Source of the DNA: Rebecca billardiae RCC1528
Taxonomy: Eukaryota; Protista; Haptophyta
Assembly: GCA_965240325.2 (NCBI GenBank)
Contig: OZ251223.1
Location: 3,100,001 to 3,164,000 of the forward strand
DNA length: 64,000 nucleotides
Reading direction: 5' to 3'
Below, one piece after another: positions 54,735-64,000 of this stretch. Under the pieces are notes generated by a model. That model saw only the letters and a program-made list of their open reading frames with translations, searched no databases and was not told the origin of the DNA. Made by a program: the position numbers and the translations under genes. Position 1 is the stretch's first letter. Every line of letters starts with the position of its first letter.

Positions 54735-57410
54735 TTAAAAGACCGCTGGAAAATCGCCAGGGACCCACCTAGGCCAAGGGAGTGGCATGGGACACCAGCG
54801 GACGGGCCGCGCGGGGAAGCGGGGCGGCGCGCTCGCAGGGCGAGAGGCGCGGACGGGCCGCGCGGCGAAGAGGTTGAGGCGGTGCGGCTCGTTCACGTGC
54901 ACGCCCGGCCAGGTTGAATGCCGCATGGCCGTCGCGCAGAAGCTGCACGCGTGCGTGTAGAACTGCTGCTCGCGCCCGCCGCCCTCGCTGGCGTCGTCGT
55001 CTGTGACCTCGCCGGCGTCGTCATCGCTCGCGTCGTCGGTGCTGCGAACGTGGGCGTCGTCGGCGCCGCCGGCGCTGCGGTCGTCGTCGCTCGTGTCGCT
55101 CCCCGCGGGCATCGCGTCGCCATGCTCCTCGTGCGCGCCGCCGTTGCCGCCGGGTGCGGCGCTCGGCAGGCGCACGGGCTTGCGCACGTACTCGTCATCC
55201 GGCACCGGCCACATCACGATCATCTCGTCGATGGCGCGTCCGCTCTGCCGGCTGATCTGCTCGAGCAGGGGCCGAAACACGCGGTGCGCGCGGAGGTCGT
55301 TGTGGTCGTGAACGCCGACGAGCACCACGCGGTGCACCTCCGCCGGGTACATGGTGTACCCGCAGCTGTAGCACATCGTCGACGGCTGCTCCGTGTACCG
55401 GCGCACGACGCGTCGCAGTCGATTCCACTTCGTCTTGTTCAGCGCGCCCAGCTGCGTGCGCTCGTGATGCCGGTCGTGATCGGCGTCGCACAGCTCGTTG
55501 ATGGTGGCGATGTGGTCGGGCATGCGCGTCGAGCGCGATTGCGCGCCGTGTGCCGCCGCTCGGCGCGCCGCGCCGAGGTCGCCCCACAGCGGCGTCACGA
55601 TGATGGAGTCCGCGAGCGCGTACAGGCGCGCGTCGCGCACGCTGAGAGTAGGCGCGAGCGCGTTGTAGTGTGTGCCGGCCTGGTCGCGCCACACGTGCAC
55701 GAGGCGCAGCTCGCGCATGTCCGCGGGCTCGCCGCGCTCGTGCCGCTGCCCATTCAGCCACGCGCGAATGTCGCCGGTGATGGTGCCCAGCCGCGTCTCG
55801 GGCGTCACGTCGCCGAGCGCGTAGGTGTACTCCGTCGCAGGCGGCGCGCGTGCAGCCTTGAGATATACATCTCGGCTGACGCAGTCGTAGCACTGCGCGC
55901 ATGGGTCGGCGGTGCCGTCGTCGTCGATTTCGTCGTCCTCACCGTCTTCGTCGTGCCAGCACACGCGCGCGCAGCACGTGCAGTCGTCGTGCGCGATCGC
56001 ATCGGCGTGCATGACGATGCGGTCGGGCGTCACGCGGAAAACCCAGTGCTGCGGGATGCGCGCGCGCTGCCGCGCCCAGTCGATCTCCGCGTCGGGCGGC
56101 ACGGCGGCGCCGGGCGGCACGGAGGCCCACTCGTAGGTGGGCTCGAAGGGCGACACGGTTGCGCGCGGCACGAAAGCCGGAAATGGTGCTGCCGAGTCCG
56201 CGTCGGGTGCGTGCGCGTCCGCCGGCGCCGCGTCGGCCTCCGCGCCGCCGCGATCGTCGGGTGACGCGGGCGCGTCGAGCTGTAGGAAAGATTGCACGCG
56301 CGCGCACTCCTGGTCGTCGCGGCGCACCGCGGCTGGGTTGCTCATCGCGCGTGCGTGCGCGAGCAGCTCGGCGGGCGGGTTGGGCGGGAAGCATCGTGCG
56401 AGCAGGCCCGGCTGGAACGCGTTGCAGTGGCGCTCGAGCTCCGCGTAGCGCGCGGCGTTGCTGGCGCGGTTTGGCTTGCCCGGAATGGGCACGTACCCAG
56501 GTCTGCGCAGCGTACCGCGCCCGCCCCAGCGCGCAACCCATGCAGCGCGCAGCAGCTCGAGATCGTCTGCCACAGTCCACAAGCCGCCGAGCAGGTGTGT
56601 ACGCAGGCGCGCATCTGCGCGCCCCTTGGCGTACGCCTCGAGCGCCGTTGTCAGCTGGAAAAACGTGTGAAGCTCGTCGGTCGCGTCAGCAGCGGCTCCG
56701 CTGCCCGCAGCAGGCGTGGAATTCTGCGCCGTGCTCGCTGCGGTGGATGGTGCTGGTGTTGGTGGTGTATCGGTCGTGGCGGGCGCGTTCTTCGCGGGTG
56801 GCGGTGCGTTCGGCGAGCCGGCGTGCAGCAACGATGGCGCGTGTGCTGATGATGGCACGCTCGGTGCGGTGGTGGCCGCTGTGCTCGCACACGCAGGCAG
56901 ACATGTTAGTTGCGAGCGTAGTGGTTGGTGTGAGCAACGAGATGAGTGGCACCGGTCGTGCGATGCCGGCGCAGGTGGTAGCGGTTGCAAGTTGAAGATG
57001 GCGTCGTGTAAGGCGCGATCGCGGCGTAGCAGCTCGTTTCGAAGCAGCCGCACGCGCCCATTGCAAGTTGTAAGCCCCGCCTCCCGCGGGTAGAATGACG
57101 ATCGAGGTTTTTGGGATCGTTTCGAATCGTAAGCCGCCTGCAGCAGTACGATATCGGGCGGCGCTGTTCGTGACGGCGTAAGCGAGCGCAGAATGGCGTG
57201 CAGATCGTGTACGCGATCTCCCAGCATCGCTTGCAATGCGTCTGCGCACGCATCCGTTGATGTCGACCGAGGTGTGTGTGATTGATGGGTCGACGGTGGC
57301 GGCGTTGGCCCTGACGAGCCTTGCGCCGGTGGTGCGCCGTTCGAGAGAGCCGGTTGTGCTGCTCCCCTTCGACCGGCGTTCGGCGCCGCGATGCACACGT
57401 CTTCGTGCAT
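54735..57410 (-). CDS. Truncated Helitron-like (RepHel N-terminal) ORF with CxxC clusters and a ubiquitin-like segment
   Basis: Intronless 891-aa ORF. PSTMCYSCGYTMYP...HACSFC...P...N resembles the Zn-binding region preceding DUF6570/Rep in Helitron proteins. No Rep or helicase motifs appear before the frame degenerates, and the upstream region is AT-rich with tandem repeats. Confidence 0.45.
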   Translation of the reverse strand: MHEDVCIAAPNAGRRGAAQPALSNGAPPAQGSSGPTPPPSTHQSHTPRSTSTDACADALQAMLGDRVHDLHAILRSLTPSRTAPPDIVLLQAAYDSKRSQKPRSSFYPREAGLTTCNGRVRLLRNELLRRDRALHDAIFNLQPLPPAPASHDRCHSSRCSHQPLRSQLTCLPACASTAATTAPSVPSSAHAPSLLHAGSPNAPPPAKNAPATTDTPPTPAPSTAASTAQNSTPAAGSGAAADATDELHTFFQLTTALEAYAKGRADARLRTHLLGGLWTVADDLELLRAAWVARWGGRGTLRRPGYVPIPGKPNRASNAARYAELERHCNAFQPGLLARCFPPNPPAELLAHARAMSNPAAVRRDDQECARVQSFLQLDAPASPDDRGGAEADAAPADAHAPDADSAAPFPAFVPRATVSPFEPTYEWASVPPGAAVPPDAEIDWARQRARIPQHWVFRVTPDRIVMHADAIAHDDCTCCARVCWHDEDGEDDEIDDDGTADPCAQCYDCVSRDVYLKAARAPPATEYTYALGDVTPETRLGTITGDIRAWLNGQRHERGEPADMRELRLVHVWRDQAGTHYNALAPTLSVRDARLYALADSIIVTPLWGDLGAARRAAAHGAQSRSTRMPDHIATINELCDADHDRHHERTQLGALNKTKWNRLRRVVRRYTEQPSTMCYSCGYTMYPAEVHRVVLVGVHDHNDLRAHRVFRPLLEQISRQSGRAIDEMIVMWPVPDDEYVRKPVRLPSAAPGGNGGAHEEHGDAMPAGSDTSDDDRSAGGADDAHVRSTDDASDDDAGEVTDDDASEGGGREQQFYTHACSFCATAMRHSTWPGVHVNEPHRLNLFAARPVRASRPASAPPRFPARPVRWCPMPLPWPRWVPGDFPAVF

Positions 57411-57833
57411 GATCGCAGGTTATCTCCGCGGCGTGTCTGGACCACCCGGGCTTGCTTGCATCGGGCGTCTGGGTGCGTGGCTTACCGATCCTGCTCTTCA
57501 GCGTTAGTTGTGAAGTGTAGCTGTGAATCGGTTTATGGTGAATGGTTTGATGAGGGTGAGAGGGTTCACGTGAATCTGTCATTAACAAGTGGACCCTCGG
57601 AAGATTCGCGAGGAGCGTGTTGATCCGCCAGGTATGATACTGCTTATATGGCGGTGAATTGTAATTAACTGCTAGGTGTTCGGACGTTGTACACCCGTTT
57701 TGCTTCATGCGTACAAGGCTGCTGATTGCTTAGATTCTCTCTCTACCTTACAATATCTGTGCAGCCCCAGCGTCCCTGTTTGTTGAGTAGTATTGATATT
57801 ATATTTAACGACTGGTTTCTAATGTGCATACTT

Positions 57834-57967
57834 GTTGCATATTGTGAATAGGAAGAAGCGGTGGCGCGAAGCTCGTGTGGATCACAGCTAAGTTGTGCAT
57901 AGATGTTGCATATTGTGATTAAGAAAAAGCGGTGGCGCGAAGACTGTGTGGATTACAGCTTTAGTTG
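57834..57967. repeat. Two-copy ~71-bp diverged tandem repeat
   Basis: GTTGCATATTGTGA...AAGCGGTGGCGCGAAG...GTGTGGAT.ACAGCT..GTTGT occurs twice. Confidence 0.8.
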
Positions 57968-58148
57968 TTCTTGTGAGAATTCTGCGTTTTTTAATGACCA
58001 TTAAGTTGTCATTAGTCCTTACGAGCATTGTCTGAGGTTGTTCATTGGCTGCTGCACGAAATCTCGCACGATCTGTTGTGATCACCTCCGATCTGCAATT
58101 CTTTGAGAAATTCTCAAAAACTTGGAAGTTCGTAGCATTGTGAGGTGT

Positions 58149-58274
58149 AAAAAATAATAGCAAAAAGCGGGATTTATCTTACGGCCGCAATTTCGGTTTT
58201 CCCCTTGAGATCTTCCTTTGCATCCCGGCTTGTCGTCCGCCATCGTGCCTCGAACTCGGCGTGGTGGAAGACGG
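58149..58274 (+). repeat. 126-bp direct repeat, copy 2 (syntaxin promoter/5' region)
   Basis: Appears identical to 51999-52124 and ends 46 bp before the syntaxin ATG. Confidence 0.9.
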
Positions 58275-58320
58275 GTGGCTCGACGTGCGCGTGGCGCGCG
58301 AGTGAGCTGATCGAGGCGCC

Positions 58321-59370
58321 ATGGAAGACCCCTTCCAGGTCGTCAAAGAGTCCGTCGCTGTCACCCCGCCGCCGACCCGCCAGCGCTTGCGCTCGAGTGG
58401 CGCACAGGTGCTGCGCTTGCGCGGCAATCTGGCTCATCCCCTGCCCCTACCCCTCTTCCACACGCCCACAGCGAGGTTCAGCACTCCCTCAGCGTGGTGA
58501 ACGAGCTTCACAAGCGGTGGAAAGAGATATACAAGTCGGCAACCGGGACGGACACAGAGGAATACGAGTGGACAAAGTCAGAGCTGCTGTCCGGCCTGCG
58601 GTCGATCGAATGGGATTTGCAAGACCTTGAGGAGACGATTGGCATCGTGCAGGGCAACCGCGAGAAATTCGGGCTGAGCGACGAGGAAATTGCGTCGAGA
58701 AAAGAGTTTGTTGACGGCACGCGCTCGAGCATCGCGACGATCCGAGCAGAGGTGAACAGCGCGGAGGCGAGCGAGACCAGCTCGAAGCCGACCACGTCTG
58801 CGAGCAAGCGCGCGGTGAAGAAGGCGGGGACGGAGAGGGAGTCGCTGCTCGCAGCCGACAGCGCTGCCGCGGATGCGGGCACCAGCAAGCTAACGAGCAT
58901 TAAGGTGCGTCGCCCTCGTGCCGAGCGGCCAGTGTTCGGCCAGGGTCGTGCCAGTGCAGCCAGCAGTCGGTGCCGAACAGTGAGGGACTCGAGCGTGCTC
59001 ACCCGCGTGGCGCGCGCAACCCCGCGCCGCGCAGGTGGATTCTGCGGCACATGCAGACAACTCGCGCTTCATCTCGGACGAAGCGCAGAAGCAGCAGCTC
59101 GTGATGAAAGAGCAGGATGCGCAGCTGGATGTCATCTCGAGCTCGGTGACCAGGCTCAAGGACATGGGCCACGAGATAAACGCCGAGCTGAAGGTGCAGG
59201 ACAAGCTGCTCGATGAGATAGATGAGAAGACCGAGTCGACACGCACGCAGATGGGTGCCGCGATGAAGGGGCTGACCAAGCTGGCAAAGGACTCAGACAA
59301 GGGGAAGATGTGCCTCATCCTCGTCCTGTCGCTCATCTTGATCGGCTTGTGCTATGCCATCTTCTCGTGA
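58321..59370 (+). CDS. STX6: Syntaxin-6/10/Tlg1-family Qc-SNARE (3 exons)
   Basis: Exons 58321-58349, 58472-58904 and 59035-59370: MEDPFQVVKDEV...LRSIEWDLQDLEETIGIV..N..KF....E...RKEFV, SNARE motif EQDAQLD...EL..Q..LLDE, and a C-terminal TM. Confidence 0.9.
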
Positions 59371-59943
59371 AGCCAGTGGCAACGCACGGACTGAAATAGA
59401 AGCTGTCCGCTGCCATCCGACATCGGCGCCGGCCTTCCTCGGTCTCGGAGCTGGACGCGGCTCCTGACGGCCGCCGGCGCGCCTTCGGCTTCGCGGACCG
59501 CCTGCTGGCGGCCGCATGTGTAGTCGCTCAGATTCGCGTCTGAATTGATCGATCTATACTATAGAGTCGTCGTCTGAAATAACTACTCCGAATCGATCTG
59601 CTGAATTACTCGGTGCCAAAGGCTACGCCGGGCGTAGGCTACGGGCTCGGAGACGAGTATTGAGTAACAATCAGGCCCCGCAGATTCCGACGACTCCCGA
59701 CGGTGACTGACGACCCGGTGTGAGCCTGTGCCTGGTCGGCGGGCCCGCGACTGCCCCGACAGGCCCGACTGGCGGTTGAACCGAGGCGGTTGAACCGACT
59801 AACCGAATCGTGAAGTCGCCGACTACTCACGACGAGACGACTCGAGGATTGAGGATTCGCGTCGCGTACTCTCGTCATCACACACAGTGTCATGAACCGC
59901 ATGGTGCGCTCCTGACATCAGATCGGGGCGGACATGACGATGC

Positions 59944-60795
59944 TCAAGCCGCCGACGTAGTGCGCGGCCGATTCACCCGTCGCAGGGCTGCCTCTGCGTC
60001 GGCCAGGACGTACGCGTAGCCAAGCCCAACGGCCCGCTTGCGCACGATGCCTCCGCCGATCAGGTCGCGCTCGATGAAGCGCCAGTCAAGGCGACGCTCC
60101 TCCTTCGACGGGCGCTCAAAGCGTTCGCGTAGATCGCGCTCTGGCATTTCGTTGAACGACTGCCGACGCAGGATGGACACTGCCAGGCGCCGCGCCGCTC
60201 CCACCTCTTTTGCTAGTGCGCCTATGCGCGGGAGGCTCCACACACACGCGTCGCTCGTGCTAGCGTGCCATGCCAAGTAGCCTGCCCTGAGGAGGGCCGA
60301 GCGCACGCCCGCAGCGCGTTCGGGCCCACACAGCTGCGCCAGATCCTCCGCGTGCACAGTGTGGCGGCATGCTGGCACCAATCGATCCGCAGCAAGCACC
60401 AGATCTGCATGCGAGGCGTCGCTCGGGAGGAAGTGCTTGCGAATCGCGTTTGCAAACGCATCGGCGGCAATGATCGCGCACTCGCGCAGCGCTGGGACTT
60501 CTAAGAAGACCAGCGATTCGCGCTTCCGTGCTCGCTCGAGCTCGCGGCCGAGCTCTGTGCCGTCGGTGAGCAGCGCGTAGAGCTGCGACTGCAGCGCAAA
60601 CGGTGGCAGGACATCGGCCATTGCTGGCGGGAACTCGTTCCACAGCGCCTGCAGGATGAGGTCGAAGTCGGAGAGAGAGGCAAGGTGAAGCATGCCATCA
60701 TCCTCGATCACCTCGACGGGCAGCGAATCCGGGCGTTCGACTGTGCGGCGGCGCTTGCGTGGGAATGCCAGCGCGCGCTTGCCATAGGCCGCCAT
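59944..60795 (-). CDS. STK19: STK19-like winged-helix protein
   Basis: LPPFALQSQLY.L....T...RELE, L.RAGYL, WSLP..G, R.....LRRQ.F.E, LDWRF..RDLIG.G. Confidence 0.75.
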   Translation of the reverse strand: MAAYGKRALAFPRKRRRTVERPDSLPVEVIEDDGMLHLASLSDFDLILQALWNEFPPAMADVLPPFALQSQLYALLTDGTELGRELERARKRESLVFLEVPALRECAIIAADAFANAIRKHFLPSDASHADLVLAADRLVPACRHTVHAEDLAQLCGPERAAGVRSALLRAGYLAWHASTSDACVWSLPRIGALAKEVGAARRLAVSILRRQSFNEMPERDLRERFERPSKEERRLDWRFIERDLIGGGIVRKRAVGLGYAYVLADAEAALRRVNRPRTTSAA

Positions 60796-61170
60796 CCGGT
60801 GCGGACGACAGGTGAGTAGCTACAGTTTACTAAGAATACAGTAAGAGTAGACGCACAGTCGCACACAGCTCAGGGGCCTCAGGCAGGCGAGATTGACAGT
60901 AGGACGGCGACCGTCTGACCGACCTGGGAGGCTGGGACAGGTTCAGCACTACTAGACTCCTCCGCCGTGCCGACGGAATCCGTCTCACAGGCTGCTGCTA
61001 CACACTTCCCACCGTATCAGACTCTGCCAACCAACACGTGAACAGGTTACTGTTATCACAGTCTGAGGTGGAGCGGACCATTGGCACTGGAGGCGGGTGG
61101 CGGCGGTGAGCGACTGCGGCGTGCCACGCGCACATGGCACCAATGCCGGGAGCCAAGAAGAGCGGCCACT

Positions 61171-61844
61171 TCAGCCTGCGACAGCCATCGCTTTCACGTA
61201 TGCGCGCATTCCCTCGTCAAACTTCTCCCGCGTGACGCCCTTCGGCGTGAGCACGCAGTGCACACCCAACCTGCGCACGTCTGAAATGTTGCTGGGATCA
61301 TCATCGAAAAAGACCATCTGTGAAAACGGCACGCCCGTCTTGCGCTGCAGCTCGCGGAAGTGCCCCTGTTTGCTTCCCTTGTAGATCTCCACGAGCTCGC
61401 CTTTGCCCGCGACGTCCCACATGCTGCTGCCGCGGTCATCGACGACGAACTTTTGCAAGCACTCGCGTGCCCATGCTGGCTCGTCGCTGCGGGATGCAAC
61501 GCCCACCGTCGTGCCCGCCTCGTGCAGCTCGCGCCAGAGTGCGCGCACGTCGCCAAGAAGCTTGACGTTTGTGCCACCCGCCGTTTTCAACGTCGCGGGA
61601 TCCGACGTCTTCGAGAAGGGCGGGCTGTCGCCCCACAGCTGGTACATCTCCGGGTACCTGCCATGTACACGGCGCGCGCTCGCGCGGCACGTCAGGGCGC
61701 CACCGCGCGTCTGGCTCGGCGAGGGCGCGCAGGCACGCACCAGCAGCACGCGTCGAGGTCAAAGACGAACATCGGGGCTGGCCTCGATGCTGCAGCCATC
61801 GCGACGAGAGAGCGGCTCACGGCCTGGGACGCCAGCAGGCGCAT
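61171..61844 (-). CDS. MDP1: Magnesium-dependent phosphatase 1 (HAD superfamily), 2 exons
   Basis: FVFDLDACCW|YPEM (intron 61658-61740), ASRSDEP.WA, EIY.GSK..HF, MVFFDD...N. The start could be 61799 instead. Confidence 0.9.
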
Positions 61845-62126
61845 GCAGGCGCGATGGTGAATCGAGACGTCGTGCCCGGCAGGCGCCAAGCCGGCGCAGT
61901 CCGTCAGTCCGGGACCGACCACCCTTGGCCTTGGACCCGTTCGTCACCTGACTGACTCACCACGGCAGCACGGTTCAGTCGGTTGGCGAGACTTATCAGA
62001 GTCGGAGTAAGATCCATGTCAATGACAAAGTGTCACGGTCTAACTCTAGCATGAGTGGGGCGGACGAGCGAGCAACAAGCCGAGTGACCTGAACATCCAT
62101 ACACATATGTGTTCCTGGAATAAGCC

Positions 62127-64000
62127 TCAGGCTGTGCGAACCCCTGCCCCTGGCGGCCGAGCCAGGTGCGCCGCGAGCCGCAGCGCACACGCCCACGGCG
62201 CATCGCAGCCAAACCACGCCGCCGTGCACGCGCGCACGCGCGGCGGCGCCCACACAAGCTGCAGCGTGAGCGACGCCGAGGCGAGCGTGCTCGCGACGCG
62301 AAACGCCCGGCGGTAATGGCGCTCAGCGGGCAGCCGCTCGACAGCCGCGGCCGCGATCAGCGCCGCGTGGAAGAGCGACCACGCGAGCGCGAGCACGCGC
62401 GGCTGCCACGAGTGGCTGAGCAGCAGCCGCCATGTGCTGCTCAGCACGACGCCCGCCATCAGCGCCTGGCCCAGCGACTGCGGGAAGCAGTACGCGGCGC
62501 ACGCGCACGCCGCGCCAACGACGAGCGCCGGCAGCAGGCCGCACGTCAACAGCCTCTCCGCATACTCCACCAGCCCGGCGCCGTCGCCCGTCGCAAGCGC
62601 CCACGCGAGCGCTGCCGACGACGGCGGCGCCAGGGTGACGCCCTCGCACTGCTCCGGCTGGAAGGCGCGCAGGCCGGGCACGGAGGCCCACACCGCCGCG
62701 GGCTCGAGCGCACACGCGCTCCACGCCACGCCGACGAGTGCCAGACCCGCCCTCGCGCACGCCCAGAAGAACGCGCCCTCCTCGAGCGCGGCCTCCGAGC
62801 GCTCGCGCTGCGCGCTCGACTCGCGCGCCGCCGTGTCGTGCGCCGCGCGCGCGCTCTCGACGCGCTGCCGGCGCAGCTCGCGCAAGGCGGCGACGAAGGA
62901 CACGGCGAGCTGCTGCTGCTCGCGCGCGCGCGCGGCCTCCTGTGTCTTCGCCTCGCGCCGCGTCGCCTCCTGTGCCTCGAGCTTGCGCAGCCGCTGCGCC
63001 CACTGCTCGCGCCGCGCCGCCCAGATGGGCGTGGCCTGCGCGGCCGCGTCCTCTGCTGAGTAGCCGCTCTCGCGCAGCTCATCGCGGATGGCGGCGACCG
63101 CGCCGGTGAGCTGGCTGGCGTCGAGGCGCTCGCTGAGGTGCGCGGCCTCGGCGCGCGTCGCCTCGAGCGCGCGCTCGTGCTGCAGAGCGGCGCGCGCGTG
63201 GCCGTGCGCCTGCCGGTACGCGCCTTGCAGCTGGGTGGCAAGGCGGCGGGCCTCGTCCGCGCCCGCGCCCGCGTCCGCGCCCGCTGCACTGCTGGGGCTG
63301 CTCAGCCAGCTGCGGCCGTCCAGCACCGCGGCAGCGCTGCTGGCTCCGCCGCCGCAGGCACCTTCGGGCATATCTGAGACGCGGAGATCAGCGTGTGGCG
63401 CGTGAAGCCAGTCGCTGCAACCCGCGCTCGTCGACGAGCTGCTGCTGCATCCGCCGCCGGCGCCGCTCGCGACGAGCGCACGCGACGCTCCGGCCGTCGC
63501 CGACTCGGCGGTGCGGTGGCTGATGGCCGCTGCTCGTGGCGCCAGGCACGTGCACACGTCGTGCTCGACCGCGGCTAGCTGCTCATTCTCGAGCCGCTGC
63601 CGCTTCTCCTCAGCGCCGAGCGCCGCGTTCGCGCGGGCGAGGCGGTCTGAATCCCGCGCACCGTGCGCAGCACGAGCAGCGTCGAGCGCTGCGCAGCGCA
63701 CCGGGTCTGCCCGGCCCAGCGCGGCGCCGATCGCGTACAGCCGGTTCGCCTGCTCAGCTTGCAGACCTCTCCGCTGAGCCAGCTTTAGGAGCGCGACAGC
63801 GCGCCGGCGGCGCCACAGGCGCCCGGCGAACCACCAGCACACGATCACCGTGAGCGGCACGAGGGCGGCCGCTGATGGGGCCAGCGTTTGGCCGTCTGCA
63901 CGCGCGGGCTCAGCCGAGTGACGTGCGTCGCTGCCGATCGGCGAGAAGAGTCGTGCAGAGGTGCCACTTGCGAAGCAGCAGGCGGGCAGCGGCTCGCCCG
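62127..64000 (-). CDS. Coiled-coil, multi-TM hypothetical protein (5' end outside the window)
   Basis: Frame open to the window edge; long E/R/Q/A coiled coil and several hydrophobic C-terminal helices. Confidence 0.6.
   Translation of the reverse strand, partial: GEPLPACCFASGTSARLFSPIGSDARHSAEPARADGQTLAPSAAALVPLTVIVCWWFAGRLWRRRRAVALLKLAQRRGLQAEQANRLYAIGAALGRADPVRCAALDAARAAHGARDSDRLARANAALGAEEKRQRLENEQLAAVEHDVCTCLAPRAAAISHRTAESATAGASRALVASGAGGGCSSSSSTSAGCSDWLHAPHADLRVSDMPEGACGGGASSAAAVLDGRSWLSSPSSAAGADAGAGADEARRLATQLQGAYRQAHGHARAALQHERALEATRAEAAHLSERLDASQLTGAVAAIRDELRESGYSAEDAAAQATPIWAARREQWAQRLRKLEAQEATRREAKTQEAARAREQQQLAVSFVAALRELRRQRVESARAAHDTAARESSAQRERSEAALEEGAFFWACARAGLALVGVAWSACALEPAAVWASVPGLRAFQPEQCEGVTLAPPSSAALAWALATGDGAGLVEYAERLLTCGLLPALVVGAACACAAYCFPQSLGQALMAGVVLSSTWRLLLSHSWQPRVLALAWSLFHAALIAAAAVERLPAERHYRRAFRVASTLASASLTLQLVWAPPRVRACTAAWFGCDAPWACALRLAAHLARPPGAGVRTA

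Overview
Very GC-rich, gene-dense eukaryotic genomic DNA with short GT/GC-AG introns that typically read GTGCGC...GCGCAG. The style suggests a haptophyte alga, possibly Pavlovales-like (inference). Most long ORFs in the supplied track are shadow frames. Recognisable genes are RNase Z (ELAC2), syntaxin-6-like SNARE, STK19-like, MDP1 phosphatase, an R2R3-MYB, a phosducin-like protein, an ankyrin protein, a PIP5-kinase with an inserted thioredoxin-like domain, and a giant two-repeat Shaker/CNBD-ankyrin channel. The most notable item is a pair of paralogous predicted receptors (6692-10645 and 25701-29579, both minus strand). Each has the architecture signal peptide - PA-like ectodomain - 7TM - cytosolic HET/TIR-like domain that keeps the WCxxE glutamate, making them candidate TLR-analogous or GPCR-like immune receptors. 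Intergenic space holds several non-autonomous DNA transposons (long-TIR MULE/foldback-like with 11-bp and 9-bp TSDs, a P-like MITE, a Tc1/mariner-like MITE family), a probable Helitron fragment inside a 6-kb block bounded by a 126-bp direct repeat, and signs that repeats decay by short insertions. All calls were made by eye; no database searches were run.
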